Source of the DNA: Rubrivivax sp.
GTDB lineage: Bacteria > Pseudomonadota > Gammaproteobacteria > Burkholderiales > Burkholderiaceae_C
Assembly (NCBI GenBank): GCA_031373055.1
Contig: JANMMH010000665.1
Coordinates: 1-41,956 of the forward strand
Length of the DNA: 41,956 nucleotides
Direction: 5' to 3'
Shown: positions 9,941-18,306 of the stretch, piece after piece
Position numbering within the stretch: the stretch's first letter is position 1
Layout of the letters: each line of letters begins with the position of its first letter
Position numbers and translations under genes: made by a program
Notes under the pieces: model-generated
What the model was told of the DNA's origin: nothing
The model's database searches: none
The model's input: only the letters and a program-made list of their open reading frames with translations

Positions 9941-11218
9941 ATGCTCCATTTCATGAAATCCATGACCATCGCCGCAGCGGCGCTGGTCCTTGCCAGCACA
10001 GCGCTGGCCGACAACGACAAAGCACGCGGCGAGCAACACAAGTCGGCGAGCAAGCCCACCAGCGTGCAGCTCGGGCCACGGCCGTTCTTCCTGGTCGACG
10101 ACATGGGCGACGGCGCACTCAAGCGCGAGCTGCAGCAGTGCACGCAGCGCGGCAACTTCACGCCGCGCGAGTTCTCCATCGGTCATCGCGGCGCGGCCAT
10201 GCAATTCCCAGAGCACACAGCCGAGTCCTACACCGCCGCGGCGCGCATGGGCGCGGGCATCGTCGAGTGCGACGTGACCTTCACCAAAGACAAAGAACTG
10301 GTGTGCCGCCACGCACAAAACGACCTGCACACCACCACCAACATCCTGGTCACGCCGCTGGCGACCAAGTGCACCAAGCCCTTCACGGCGGCGACGTTTG
10401 ACGCTGCCGGCAACCGCCTCACCGCCGCCAGCGCCGAGTGCCGCACCAGCGACATCACGCTGGCCGAGTTCAAGACGCTGCGCGGCAAGATGGACGCGTC
10501 CAACCCAAGTGCACGCACGGCCGCCGAGTACCTGGGCGGCACCGCCAACTGGCGCACCGACCTCTATTCGGGCCCTTCCAGCGGCACGCTGCTGACGCAC
10601 AGGGAGAGCATCGAACTCTTCAAGAAACTCGGCGTGAAGATGACGCCGGAGTTGAAGAGCGCCAGCGTCACCATGCCCTTCGACGGCTTCACGCAGGAGG
10701 CCTACGCACAAAAGATGATCGACGAGTACCGGGCCGCTGGCGTACCCGCGCGCCATGTCTGGCCGCAGTCGTTTGACATCCGCGACGTGCTGTACTGGGT
10801 CAACAACGAGGCCACCTTCGGCAAACAAGCGGTCTACCTCGACAGCGCCGAAACCGTGGCCAACCTGCCCAGCGCCGCACAGCTGGCGCAGTACAAGTCC
10901 CAAGGCATCCAGATCGTGGCGCCGCCGCTCTTCGCGCTCTTGACGGTGGACGCTGGCGGCCGCCTGGTGCCGTCGGACTACGCGCGCAACGCCAAGCAAG
11001 CAGGCCTGGACATCATCACCTGGACGATCGAGCGTTCGGGCATCCTGGCCGACGGCAACAACGGCTTCTACTACCAAGGCTACGACAGCGCGATCAAGAC
11101 CGAAGGCGACATGATGCGCGTGCTCGACGTGCTGGGCCGCCAGGTCGGTGTGCTGGGCGTGTTCTCGGACTGGCCAGCGACGACCACCTTCTACGCCAAC
11201 TGCGCCGGGCTGCGCTGA
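9941..11218 (+). CDS. Secreted glycerophosphodiester phosphodiesterase (GDPD/GlpQ family)
   Basis: Signal peptide; IGHRGA..FPEHT, VECDV..TKD..LVCRH, PELK and GVFSDWP motifs; RBS GAGG. Confidence 0.92.
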   Translation: MLHFMKSMTIAAAALVLASTALADNDKARGEQHKSASKPTSVQLGPRPFFLVDDMGDGALKRELQQCTQRGNFTPREFSIGHRGAAMQFPEHTAESYTAAARMGAGIVECDVTFTKDKELVCRHAQNDLHTTTNILVTPLATKCTKPFTAATFDAAGNRLTAASAECRTSDITLAEFKTLRGKMDASNPSARTAAEYLGGTANWRTDLYSGPSSGTLLTHRESIELFKKLGVKMTPELKSASVTMPFDGFTQEAYAQKMIDEYRAAGVPARHVWPQSFDIRDVLYWVNNEATFGKQAVYLDSAETVANLPSAAQLAQYKSQGIQIVAPPLFALLTVDAGGRLVPSDYARNAKQAGLDIITWTIERSGILADGNNGFYYQGYDSAIKTEGDMMRVLDVLGRQVGVLGVFSDWPATTTFYANCAGLR

Positions 11219-11222
11219 GCTG

Positions 11223-11242
11223 ACAGCACAGCACAGCACAGC
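11223..11242 (+). repeat. Pentanucleotide tandem repeat (ACAGC)x4
   Basis: Read directly just after the GDPD stop codon. Confidence 0.7.
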
Positions 11243-11316
11243 GCGCGCGACGCTGGCCACGGCCGACGTCGCGCGCCGGCATCAGGCTGACATGAACACG
11301 GCTGACAACAGCGCAC

Positions 11317-11366
11317 TTGACGGCCTCGACTACACACGTAATCATTGGTCATCGCTTACAAATGTA
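11317..11366 (+). promoter_or_regulatory. Promoter with two BlaI/CopY-type operators (TACA-NN-TGTA)
   Basis: -35 TTGACG at 11317; TACAcaCGTA at 11331-11340 and perfect TACAaaTGTA at 11357-11366, immediately upstream of the blaI-like gene. Confidence 0.8.
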
Positions 11367-11373
11367 GTTCACC

Positions 11374-11739
11374 ATGTCCATCAGCGATGCCGAAGCCCGC
11401 ATCATGGAAGTGCTGTGGCGCAAGAGCCCCCTCAGCACGGAAGACGTCGCCCTGGCCTTGGCCGGCCAGCGCGACTGGCAACTCGCCACCATCAAGACGC
11501 TCTTGAGCCGTCTCTTGACCAAGGGCGCCATCAGCGCCACCAAGGACGGCCGGCGTTTTCTATACAGCCCCGTGCTGCAGCAGCAAGACTGGCTCAAGGC
11601 GCAAAGCATGAACCTCGTCGACCGCTGGTTTGGTGGCCGCCTGGCGCCGCTGGTGGCGCAATTTGCCTCGCACCGCAAGCTCAAGCGCGCCGACCTTGAA
11701 GCGCTGAAGAAGCTCTTGCAGGAGCACGAACGTAGCTGA
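11374..11739 (+). CDS. BlaI/MecI/CopY family transcriptional repressor
   Basis: ISDAEARIMEVLW, WQLATIKTLLSRLLTKG, GRRFLYSP and FGG..LVAQF motifs. Confidence 0.95.
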   Translation: MSISDAEARIMEVLWRKSPLSTEDVALALAGQRDWQLATIKTLLSRLLTKGAISATKDGRRFLYSPVLQQQDWLKAQSMNLVDRWFGGRLAPLVAQFASHRKLKRADLEALKKLLQEHERS

Positions 11740-11743
11740 CGCC

Positions 11744-13033
11744 GTGCTGGGCCTGGCCGGCGGCTTGCCCTATCTTGCGCGGCACCTCGTGTTGGTGTGG
11801 TTGACGCTGGCGGTGGTGCTGTTGCTGCGCCCCCTGCTGCGCCGCAGCATGGGCGTCCAAGCCAGTGCGGCCGCCTGGGGCGCCGTACCGGCGGCGGCGC
11901 TCGGTGGCACGCTGCCGCTTCCCGGCGCATGGCCCGAACTCGCGCCCAGCGTGATGCATTGGGTTGGGAGCGCGCTAACGTCACCCGCGAGCGGTGGCGC
12001 GGCCACTGGTGCGGCAGGTCTGTCGCTTGTGCCCACGGCCACCCTGGCCGCCGTGCTGGTGGCGCTGTGGTTGGCTGGCCCTTTGCTGACTGCCGCCGGC
12101 CTGGGGTGGCGCCAACACCGGGCTGCTGGTCTGCTGCAGCGCGACGCGCAAGGTCTGTGGCGCGCACCTGCGGGCAGCAGCCCGGCGCTGGTGGGCGCCT
12201 GGCAGCCGCGCCTGGCATTGCCACGCGACTCTGAAGCGCGCTTTGATGCCGCCGAACAGGCGGCGATCCTGGCTCACGAAGCCATGCACCTACGCCGGCG
12301 CGACAACCTGTGGGCCCTGCTCGCATGCACGCTGGCCACGCTGCAGTGGTTCAACACCTGGGCGTAGTGGGCACTGCGCCGCTTTCGTGGTGACCAGGAA
12401 CTGGCCTGCGACGCGGCCGTGCTGTCCTCGCATTCCGCCGTCGAACCTGCCGCTTACCTGCGCGCCCTGCTCAAGTCCGACAAACTCACCGCGCCCCTGA
12501 CCGCCACAGCCACCTCGTGGCGCAGCACCCACCCCCTGGTCGAAAGGATCACCCTGCTCACGCGCCGTCGCGTTTCCAACACCCGCCGCCATTTCGGCCG
12601 CACCGTTGCCGCTGTGCTGGCCCTGTCGGCATTGGCCGCAGGCCACGCCACGCAAGGCGCGCCCGACACCACGTCACCGCTGCCCGACTCGGTGATGCTG
12701 CACATGACGCTCGACGTCGACGGCACACGCGTGGCCACGCCACGCCTCTTCGGCAAGCTCGGGCAGGCTTTGTCCATGCGCTGGCAGAGCGACGCAGGCG
12801 CCACCTCCGCTTCAGCGTTAGAAGTAGGGGTCATCACCACCGTCACCGAGCGCGGCCAACTGCGCTTTGAAGCCCGGCTGAGTGGCGGCGACCCGCTGCG
12901 CACGCTGGCCACACCCACGCTGGTCAGCGCCGAAGGTGACACCGCGCGCTTTGAGGTTGACCCAAGCGGCGGCGGCAAGGCCGTCACGGTGACGTTAAGC
13001 GGGCGGCGCACCACCGCTCCGGTCAAAAGTTAG
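11744..13033 (+). pseudogene. BlaR1-type M56 metallopeptidase interrupted by an in-frame TAG at 12365-12367
   Basis: Track ORFs 11744-12367 and 12419-13033 share a frame. Read-through gives SPALVG..ILAHEAMHLRRRD..LQWFNTWA*WALRRFRGDQELACDAAV..HPLVERI, with the stop where a Trp (TGG) is expected. Confidence 0.85.
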
Positions 13034-13086
13034 GCGTCACGCTCGACCATCGCTGCCCACGCCAGGGCTCAGTCGCACAAGGCGGC

Positions 13087-13440
13087 TCAGGCGCGCTGCA
13101 CTTCGAGCACGCCGTGCTCGGTGGCCTGCTCATAAATCGACGGCACGCGTGTGGCCAGGTGCAGCAAGATGAAGGGTGCCCGCTTCTTCACCGACCAGCG
13201 CAGCAACCACGCCGCGACTATCAGCAAGGCAGCGACGACCAGGTGGCCGTACAACGCGAAAGCGATTCCCGGGCCAAACAGCGCCAGCGCCAAGGGCGTG
13301 GCATGGGTGCAATGGGCCACAAAGGGCTTGGCCAGCGCCGGATTCACGACGACGCGGAAACGGCCATGCGGCAAGCCGTTGCGGAACTCCTCGAAGGGGA
13401 TGTAGGCCACGCTGTCTTCGCTGTCGGCGCTAGGGTTCAT
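13087..13440 (-). CDS. Hypothetical small membrane protein (2 TM)
   Basis: ATG ORF downstream of the dehydratase with a hydrophobic hairpin LALALFGPGIAFALYGHLVVAALLIVAAWLL. Confidence 0.7.
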   Translation of the reverse strand: MNPSADSEDSVAYIPFEEFRNGLPHGRFRVVVNPALAKPFVAHCTHATPLALALFGPGIAFALYGHLVVAALLIVAAWLLRWSVKKRAPFILLHLATRVPSIYEQATEHGVLEVQRA

Positions 13441-13485
13441 GGACGCAATTTTGCTGGACGCGCTGGCATGCCGGCCGCGAAAGCG

Positions 13486-15240
13486 TCATCTGCCACCCGG
13501 CGTCTTGCCCGTCATCTGCGGCGGCTGCAAGAAGTCAAAGTCGACACCACGGTCGGCCTGCATGACTGTCTGCAAAAAGAGCTTGCGGTAGCCACGCTCG
13601 GCCGTGGGCATCACCACCGGCCGCGCGGCGGCGCGCGCGGAGAGTTCATCGTCCGACACCAGCAGCGTGAGTTCGCGGCGCGCCACGCTCAGGCGAATGC
13701 GGTCGCCGTTTTGCACATATGCCAGCGGCCCGCCGATGGCGGATTCAGGCGTCACATGCAGCACGATGGTGCCAAACGCTGTGCCGCTCATGCGCCCGTC
13801 AGAGATGCGCACGATGTCTTTCACACCCGCACGCGCCAGCTTGCGCGGGATCGGGATGTAGCCCGCCTCGGGCATGCCCGGCGCGCCTTTGGGGCCGATG
13901 TTCTTCAGCACGAGCACATCGTCCGCCGTCACATCAAGATCGTCGTTATCGATGCGGCTGGCCATGTCTTCGAGGTTGTCGAACACGACGGCGCGGCCTT
14001 CGTGTTCCATCAACTGCGCGTCGGCGGCCGACTGCTTGATGATGGCGCCGCCGGGGGCCAGGTTGCCATTCAGCACCGCGATGGCGCCTTCACGAAAAAT
14101 CGGGTTGGACAGCGGCCGCACCACGTCTTGCTTGAAGCCCGGGCCGGCGGCTTCGATCTCTTCGCCCAGCGTGCGCCCGCTCACCGTCAGCGCGTCCAGC
14201 CGCAGCAGGGGCTTCAACTCGCGCAGCAGCGTGGCCATGCCGCCGACGTGGTGAAAATCTTCCATGTAGTGCTGGCCCGAAGGCTTCAAGTCCAGCAGCA
14301 CGGGTGTCTCGCGGCCCAGGCGGTCGAGTGAACTCATTTCCAGCGTTAGCCCCATGCGCCCGGCGATGGCCGCCAGGTGCACGATGCCATTGGTGCTGCC
14401 ACCGATGGCCAAGAGCACCCGCAGCGCGTTCTCAAAAGCGGCGGGCGTAAGGATCTTGTCGATGGTCAAACGCTCGCGCGCCATCTTCACGGCCAGCGTG
14501 CCGGTGTCTTCAGCCACGCGGATGCGGTCGGCGGTCACCGCGGGCGGCGTGGCGCCGCCGGGCACCGTCATGCCCAGCGCTTCGGCCACACAGGCCATAG
14601 TGCTGGCCGTGCCCATCACTGAGCAGGTGCCGACACTGGCCACGAGCTGCTGGTTGACCTCGGCGACTTCGGCCGCGTCGATTTCACCGGCGCGGAACTT
14701 GCCCCAATAGCGGCGGCAGTCGGTGCAGGCGCCGACGCGTTCACCACGGTGGCTGCCGGTGAGCATGGAGCCGGTGATGAGCTGGATGGTGGGCAAGCCT
14801 GCGGAAGCCGCGCCCATCAGCTGCGCGGGCACGGTTTTGTCGCAGCCGCCGATGAGCACCACCGCGTCCATGGGCTGCGCGCGGATCATCTCCTCGGTGT
14901 CCATGGACATGAGGTTGCGCAAGAACATGCTGGTCGGCACGGCGAAGCTTTCGTGCACCGAGATGGTCGGGAAGCTCATGGGCAGGCCACCGGCCAGCAT
15001 CACGCCGCGCTTCACCGCTTCAATCAGCTGGGGCGCGTTGCCGTGGCAGGGGTTGTAGTCGCTGCCGGTGTTGGTGATGGCGATGACCGGGCGTTCGAGC
15101 GCGCTGTCGGTGAAGCCCGCGCCTTTGATGAAGGCCTTGCGCAGGAAGAGCGAGAACTCGGTGTCGCCGTAGCTGGTCAGGCCCTTTTTCATGCCCTGCG
15201 CCGAGCCACCCTCGGTTTGATCGTTAGTTCGTTGGCTCAT
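13486..15240 (-). CDS. IlvD/Edd family dehydratase (probably a sugar-acid or other catabolic paralogue)
   Basis: YNPCH, GGCDKT, GTCSVMGTASTM, IGGSTN, GPKGAPGMPE and SDGRMSGT motifs; co-oriented with a Bug receptor. Confidence 0.93.
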   Translation of the reverse strand: MSQRTNDQTEGGSAQGMKKGLTSYGDTEFSLFLRKAFIKGAGFTDSALERPVIAITNTGSDYNPCHGNAPQLIEAVKRGVMLAGGLPMSFPTISVHESFAVPTSMFLRNLMSMDTEEMIRAQPMDAVVLIGGCDKTVPAQLMGAASAGLPTIQLITGSMLTGSHRGERVGACTDCRRYWGKFRAGEIDAAEVAEVNQQLVASVGTCSVMGTASTMACVAEALGMTVPGGATPPAVTADRIRVAEDTGTLAVKMARERLTIDKILTPAAFENALRVLLAIGGSTNGIVHLAAIAGRMGLTLEMSSLDRLGRETPVLLDLKPSGQHYMEDFHHVGGMATLLRELKPLLRLDALTVSGRTLGEEIEAAGPGFKQDVVRPLSNPIFREGAIAVLNGNLAPGGAIIKQSAADAQLMEHEGRAVVFDNLEDMASRIDNDDLDVTADDVLVLKNIGPKGAPGMPEAGYIPIPRKLARAGVKDIVRISDGRMSGTAFGTIVLHVTPESAIGGPLAYVQNGDRIRLSVARRELTLLVSDDELSARAAARPVVMPTAERGYRKLFLQTVMQADRGVDFDFLQPPQMTGKTPGGR

Positions 15241-15246
15241 GGTGGC

Positions 15247-16245
15247 TTATTCGTCGGCCTTGATGTTGGCGTCGCTGATGACCTTGGCCCAGCGCGCGAC
15301 TTCCTGCGCCAGGCGCGCGGCCGACTGCGCCGGAGTGCTGGGCGCGGCGGCGTAGACGCCTTGCGTCAGGAACTGCTCTTTGACGTCGGGTAGGGTGACC
15401 ATGCGCGCCACCACGGCGTTGAGCTTGTCGACGATCTCCTTGGGCACGCCCGCCGGCGCCAGCACACCGAAAGTCGAGCTGACTTCGATGCCGGCCACAC
15501 CCGCCTCGGCCGTGGTCGGCACCTCGGGCAGCATCGAGATGCGCTCGGCGGTGGTGACGGCCAGCGCGCGCAACTTGCCCGACTTGATGAACTGCAATGC
15601 GGCGGGCACCGTCTCGACCATCATGTTGACCTGGCCGCCGACGAGGTCGACCATCGCCGGCCCGCTGCCCTTGTAGGGCACATGCTGCAACTTGATGCCG
15701 GTTTCGCCACGCAAGAGTTCAGCCGCCATACGCTGTGGCGCGCCAGCGCCCGAGGAGGCGTAGTTCAGCTTGTCGGGGTTGGCGCGGCCGTAGGCGACCA
15801 ACTCTTTCAAGGTCTTGGCCGGCACCGCAGGGTTCACCACCACCACCAAGGGCACGGCGCCGACCACCATCACCGGCACGAAGTCTTGCGTGATGCTGTA
15901 GCGCAGCTTGCCTTTCTCCAGCGTGGCCATGGTCGAGTGCGACGTGAGCGCGCCCATCAACAAGGTGTAGCCGTCGGGTGCGGCCTTGGCCACCGCCTCG
16001 GCGCCGAGGTTGCCGCCCGCGCCGCCTTTGTTTTCGACCACCACCTGCTGGCCCAGCGCCTCACCGAGCTTGGTCGCGACGATGCGGCCGATGATGTCGG
16101 TGGCGCCGCCGGGTGGGTAGGGCACGACGAGCTTGATGGGTCTGTCAGGGTAAGCGGCCATCGCGGCTGCGCTGCACAGGCCAAAGCCCAGGCTCAACAC
16201 GAGGTTGACGAGGCACCGCCGCGAGCGGGAACGATTAGGGGCCAT
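15247..16245 (-). CDS. Bug/TctC tripartite tricarboxylate transporter substrate-binding protein
   Basis: YPDRPIKLVVPYPPGGATD, VENKGGAGG, PDGYTLL and HVPYKGSGPA motifs; RBS GAGGAG. Confidence 0.95.
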   Translation of the reverse strand: MAPNRSRSRRCLVNLVLSLGFGLCSAAAMAAYPDRPIKLVVPYPPGGATDIIGRIVATKLGEALGQQVVVENKGGAGGNLGAEAVAKAAPDGYTLLMGALTSHSTMATLEKGKLRYSITQDFVPVMVVGAVPLVVVVNPAVPAKTLKELVAYGRANPDKLNYASSGAGAPQRMAAELLRGETGIKLQHVPYKGSGPAMVDLVGGQVNMMVETVPAALQFIKSGKLRALAVTTAERISMLPEVPTTAEAGVAGIEVSSTFGVLAPAGVPKEIVDKLNAVVARMVTLPDVKEQFLTQGVYAAAPSTPAQSAARLAQEVARWAKVISDANIKADE

Positions 16246-16324
16246 GCTGTCTCCTCGGTGCAGATGATGCAGGCCATTGTGGCGCTGGCCAGCGCCGGGC
16301 TTCGCAGCTCAGGGCTGCGCCGCA

Positions 16325-16423
16325 CACCGACTGGCCCTCGCCCTGGCGCCACGCCCGCACGAAGTCGGTGACGCGGCTGTAGCTGCCGGCGTAGCCCTCG
16401 CCGCGAATCTGGGCAAACAACGC
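16325..16423 (-). mobile_element. IS21-family transposase (IstA) internal fragment
   Basis: Minus-strand peptide ALFAQIRGEGYAGSYSRVTDFVRAWRQ matches the IstA N-terminal GY.GSY..V..FVR segment. Confidence 0.7.
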
Positions 16424-16642
16424 CGCCTGCGAAGGCTTCTTCGGTCGTCTGAAGACCGAGATGTTCTTCGCGCGAGACTGGCTCTCCACGGCGATCGAGG
16501 CGTTCGTCGCGGCCCTGGACGCCTACATCCACGGGTACAACGACGCTCGGATCAAGATCTCACTCGGCTTCCGCAGCCCTGTCGAGCACCGCAGGAGCTT
16601 TGGGATCGCCGCATAACCAGTCCAAGTTTTTGGCCGCACCCC
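16416..16642 (+). mobile_element. IS3-family remnant: transposase C-terminus plus probable right end
   Basis: NNAACEGFFGRLKTEMF...IEAFVAALDAYIHGYNDARIKISLGFRSPVEHR..* (stop 16614-16616) is the typical OrfB C-terminus, followed by GTCCAAGTTTTTGGCCGCACCCC resembling an IS3-type terminal repeat. Confidence 0.85.
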
Positions 16643-16689
16643 CGTCTTGCCTTCCGCACGACGAAAACCTCCGCAACAGGAGTCCTCTT

Positions 16690-17376
16690 GTGTGGAAACC
16701 CATCTCTGCGTTCGCGGCGGCGTTGCTGGCCTTACCTGTATGCCTCGCGTCTGAGCTGACCTCGACTGAATTGCAGTGGCTGCGCGGCGCCTGGCCTGTC
16801 ATTGCCTTCGCCAGGAATGAGAAGCTGCCGCTGGACATCGTCGTGCAGCCGCAAGCCAGCCCAGGCGCCGCACCCCTGGCATTGGCCTTCGTGGACGGCC
16901 GTTGCAAGCTTGTGCTCTCGATGCGAGGCAACGCGGAAGCGCAAGCCACGCTCGAACGCATCGAAGCTGAGCTTCTTGACGCCACGCTCGAACTCATGGC
17001 CGCGCATGAGCTGGGCCATTGCCGACGCTACCTCGACGGCGCCTGGTACGGATTGCCCGCCGGCTTCGCCGCCACGGCGCCGCAAGAGCTGAGCCCCGAT
17101 CTGCGCACCGCGTACGTGAGCATGAAGGCGGCCCGCCGCGAGGAGGGATACGGCGACTTGGTTGGCCTGGCCTGGATACAGCAGCGGCATCCTCGGCGGT
17201 ACGCCAGTCTGCACGCGTGGCTGGTGACCGAACGATCGCGCGACTTGCTGCCCGGCAGCCACCACGACACGCTCGCATGGGTGCGCCTGGCCAAAGACGG
17301 TGGCGCGCTGGCAGGCCCATCGATCTTCGCGGCGGCGGCCCGCCTCTGGGGGGCCGGACTCGCCGTTGAAGATTAG
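16690..17376 (+). CDS. Hypothetical secreted protein with HExxH zincin-like motif
   Basis: RBS CAGGAG and GTG start; signal peptide WKPISAFAAALLALPVCLA; MAAHELGHC and downstream EEGYGD. Confidence 0.75.
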   Translation: MWKPISAFAAALLALPVCLASELTSTELQWLRGAWPVIAFARNEKLPLDIVVQPQASPGAAPLALAFVDGRCKLVLSMRGNAEAQATLERIEAELLDATLELMAAHELGHCRRYLDGAWYGLPAGFAATAPQELSPDLRTAYVSMKAARREEGYGDLVGLAWIQQRHPRRYASLHAWLVTERSRDLLPGSHHDTLAWVRLAKDGGALAGPSIFAAAARLWGAGLAVED

Positions 17377-17862
17377 AGGGGTGCCGACTACCGCCACTCG
17401 ATGGGGCATCCGTGGACGCCGGCCCGACGCTCGGCTCGAATGACGCATCGCCTGTAGCGTCATCGGCGTTCGGGGGCATGTAAGGCATCGGGCCGGTGAC
17501 GGTCGATTTCCTGCATCGCAACGTGGCCATCCTGAAAGCGGACGGCGTCGATGCCGATGCTGCTTGGCGTGGCTAGCATCAATCCAGTGATACCTGTTCA
17601 CCATCGATGACCATGAAATTTGCGCGCGACTCGCCAGGCAGTCTGAAGCGCGCCGTTGCGGGCGCGATGTCGTCGCTTCGGATGGGCTTGCACAAACTGT
17701 TGGCGGTGGCGAACGCCGCGCTGTTGGTCAGATCCGCCGGCATCGTGAGGCCGACCAAGGGCGATGCGTGGCTGGCGCCTCGACGGTGCATGTCGTCGAA
17801 GACTTGCAGCCCTCTCTGGCTCGGCAAGCCGCCGAATTCATAGAGCGCATGTCCGACGCGAC

Positions 17863-17937
17863 TCAGCGCAGACCGAGGTAGCCGGCAATGAATAGCACGA
17901 TGACGACGAACCCAACGACCCAGATGATTCGATTCAT
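17863..17937 (-). CDS. 24-aa single-TM small protein (MNRIIWVVGFVVIVLFIAGYLGLR)
   Basis: Below the track cutoff. Strong RBS AAGGAG 7 nt before ATG; one hydrophobic helix ending in GLR; TGA stop. Confidence 0.8.
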   Translation of the reverse strand: MNRIIWVVGFVVIVLFIAGYLGLR

Positions 17938-18306
17938 GATTTCACTCCTTGGGGAAAGCTTCTCTTCGATGCTGTTTACACCACCGGCCAGCGCTCTCAG
18001 CATCCTGGACCGTGGTGCCGCACATCGCGCAATCTTTTTGATTGAACTTGCATCAGTCTAGGTTCGCGAGCAAGCACAGCACGTAGGACCAGGGCCCGCA
18101 CGCTCGTGGGGCAAACGCCTGTGGGCTTCGGGGCAAATGCGCACTGGCTTACCAACACTGCTTTGAACCGTCGCCAGCGCGCTCACGCGTGGACACAACG
18201 ACTCCGCCCGATTGGGCAGTGGCATGTGCGAGCGCATGCGAACAGGTGATCACCATCGCCGTGGTTCGCTCCTTGGAGCGCTGGTCGACGAACCACCGAT
18301 TTTTGC

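Noticed and set aside
12365-12367. Pyrrolysine or alternative genetic code at the in-frame TAG
   Set aside because: Position corresponds to Trp, TAG ends other genes in the window, and no pyl genes are present.
17400-17830. Minus-strand ORFs 17579-17827 and 16994-17530 in the same frame as a possible broken gene
   Set aside because: No recognisable motif or RBS, and the longer part overlaps the HExxH gene; cannot be supported without a search.
18095-18160. GGGCAAAC motif suggesting a c-di-GMP-I riboswitch
   Set aside because: Lacks the GAAA-tetraloop stem and the GCAAAGCC/receptor elements; only a short GGGGCAAA repeat.
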